Of a stretch of DNA of 64,000 bases, positions 62,490 to 64,000 are shown one piece after another (the stretch's first letter is position 1; every line of letters begins with the position of its first letter). A program made the position numbers and the translations under genes. Where the stretch lies: the NCBI GenBank assembly GCA_050575255.1, contig JBNZDD010013626.1:2052056-2116055 (forward strand), read 5' to 3'. The notes beneath the pieces are model-generated. The model was given only the letters and a program-made list of their open reading frames with translations. It searched no databases and was not told the DNA's origin. Source of the DNA: Harriotta raleighana (taxonomy: Eukaryota).

Positions 62490-62795
62490 TAAACAACAAC
62501 AAATTATACTTGCGTATAGCGCCTTTCACGTCAGGAGGATGTCCCAAAGGGCTGGACAGGCATTGTTTCAGACCTGAGCTGGAGACAGGGAGGATGGAGG
62601 GAAAGGGAGTGGGGAGGTATTTGGAGTGACCAACGGGACTGTCGAACAGGAGGCCTGGGAGGCAGCGAGGCAGAGGGACTGCGGGATGGAGTTCCAGAGG
62701 TTGGGGGCAGAGTGGCTAAAGGATCGCCCGCCAATGGGGGTGGGTGGGTCAGGGGATAGGGAGCGGAGGGCCCAGGCAGGTTGGTAGAGGTCATA
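62490..62795 (-). mobile_element. L2 3' fragment
   Basis: AACAACAACAAATTATACTTGCGTATAGCGCCTTTCACGTCAGGAGG...; clearly similar to 9597-9960. Confidence 0.85.
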
Positions 62796-63129
62796 GGAAA
62801 TGAGTCAATTACTCCATGACTGTGTGAAAATTGACTTATGCATTCACATGTAAAATACAGTCACAGCAGTTTACCTTAAATCCTGTAAAGAAAGCATTGT
62901 GAGACCGAAACATAAATCTATAGCACATCCTCCTGACCTGAAAGCTGCAAGGCTCAGATGCAAGGATATCATGTTACTTGTATCTGGTTACTTTAGGGGT
63001 TTTTTGGTCCGAAATCCATTTTGTTTTCCAGTCACCATGGCAACTGTAATAAATTTGGCCTCACCCCTGTCCCACCCAAACAATTAAAGCTGGTTTATTT
63101 ATTTTACAGTGGAAAAACCAAAACCTGGC

Positions 63130-63280
63130 TTATAATAATCTTGCACTTGATATAACGCCTTATCATGTCATTGAGACATCTCAAAGCGCTTCACAGGCTA
63201 TACTGTAAAGTGGATTAACTGTATTTTGTGGAAGAAACACAGCAGCCAGTTGTGCACAGCAATGTCTCACAAACAGACCA
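63130..63280 (-). mobile_element. SINE 3' half
   Basis: ATAATAATCTTGCACTTGATAT...CTCAAAGCGCTTCACAG...CAGCCAGTTGTGCACAGCAATGTCTCACAAACAG. Confidence 0.8.
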
Positions 63281-64000
63281 GTTTTATTTGGGAGGTTGTT
63301 GATCAGGAGAGCAAAACTCTGTTCTCTTTTCGAATATTGTCCTTATTCCTGGATTGGTTTCTCACAACCCGTCACTTCCTATGTCCAATTCTCACAATTT
63401 CTTTGCTGCTTATTCTCACATGTACTTGCCGCATGCCCCCACCCACCACCGCCCCCCACCCCCACAACTGTTTCACCATAGTTGGCTGAGGTTTCAGACT
63501 TTACAACACCTCCCTCTACATCTTGTTAATCTATGTGAAGGATCCTTTATCAATGCAAAAAGCTGTTTCCTCACTCTCTATCTCTTGAGGGTAGTGAGCG
63601 AGTTCCAAGAAGTGATTATGCTGCTCAACACATAGGGACATCACTGAGTGCTTATCTCATGCTCACAAGCAATGGGAGCACCCAGCAAATCAGGCAGCTG
63701 CTTCCAAACTCACTGTTAAGAGAATTATTCAAGTAAAAATGCCCTTCACTAATAAAACTCTGGCTGTCCCACGTCCGGAGAAAGTCACAATGAAAAGACA
63801 ATAACAGACATGGTTGGTAGTGTAGCAAGAGTCAGTCTCACATGAATGTTTTGATTGTAACAAACCTTTGATACTGACTGCAATGAAATTCAGGCTGTGC
63901 ATTTTGGTATCAAATGATACCTTCTTCCCCCCCTCCCACTCCACTTCCCCCACTTGTTCGGAAAGTGCTCTTGGGTGAAACAAAGATAAGCGACCTCCTC

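Noticed and set aside
63729-63983. 84-aa minus-strand ORF at the window end as part of a neighbouring gene
   Set aside because: No recognisable domain or supported exon structure.

Overview
Eukaryotic (vertebrate) genomic DNA, AT-rich and intron-dominated. Almost the whole window is one + strand gene, a slingshot cofilin phosphatase whose spliced protein closely follows my recollection of vertebrate SSH2 (EADS..QPRSISESFLTVKGAALFLPRGNG at the start, HCKMGISRS catalytic loop, C-terminal RTSNPLYNTM). I traced 14 phase-consistent GT-AG coding exons (7829-57401, 4239 nt including stop); the usual first exon must lie upstream of the window. An alternative first coding exon sits at 18947-19071, and a roughly 3.4-3.9 kb 3'UTR follows the stop. 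Introns carry decayed L2-clade LINE fragments, tRNA-derived SINEs with L2-type tails, DeuSINE-like remnants, CR1-type tails and one TA-flanked non-autonomous Tc1/mariner (pogo/Tigger-like) element. This repeat landscape suggests a cartilaginous fish, possibly a chimaera (inference). Several duplications around N characters look like assembly artefacts. I see no convincing new multi-gene system. The most unusual local signals are a diverged duplicate of the exon-3 splice acceptor that creates a stop-containing decoy, a perfect 47-bp foldback palindrome, an intronic hairpin whose only mismatches are G-U pairs, and the alternative N-terminus. Exon numbering assumes one upstream exon; repeat boundaries are approximate and family names are from memory, not database searches.
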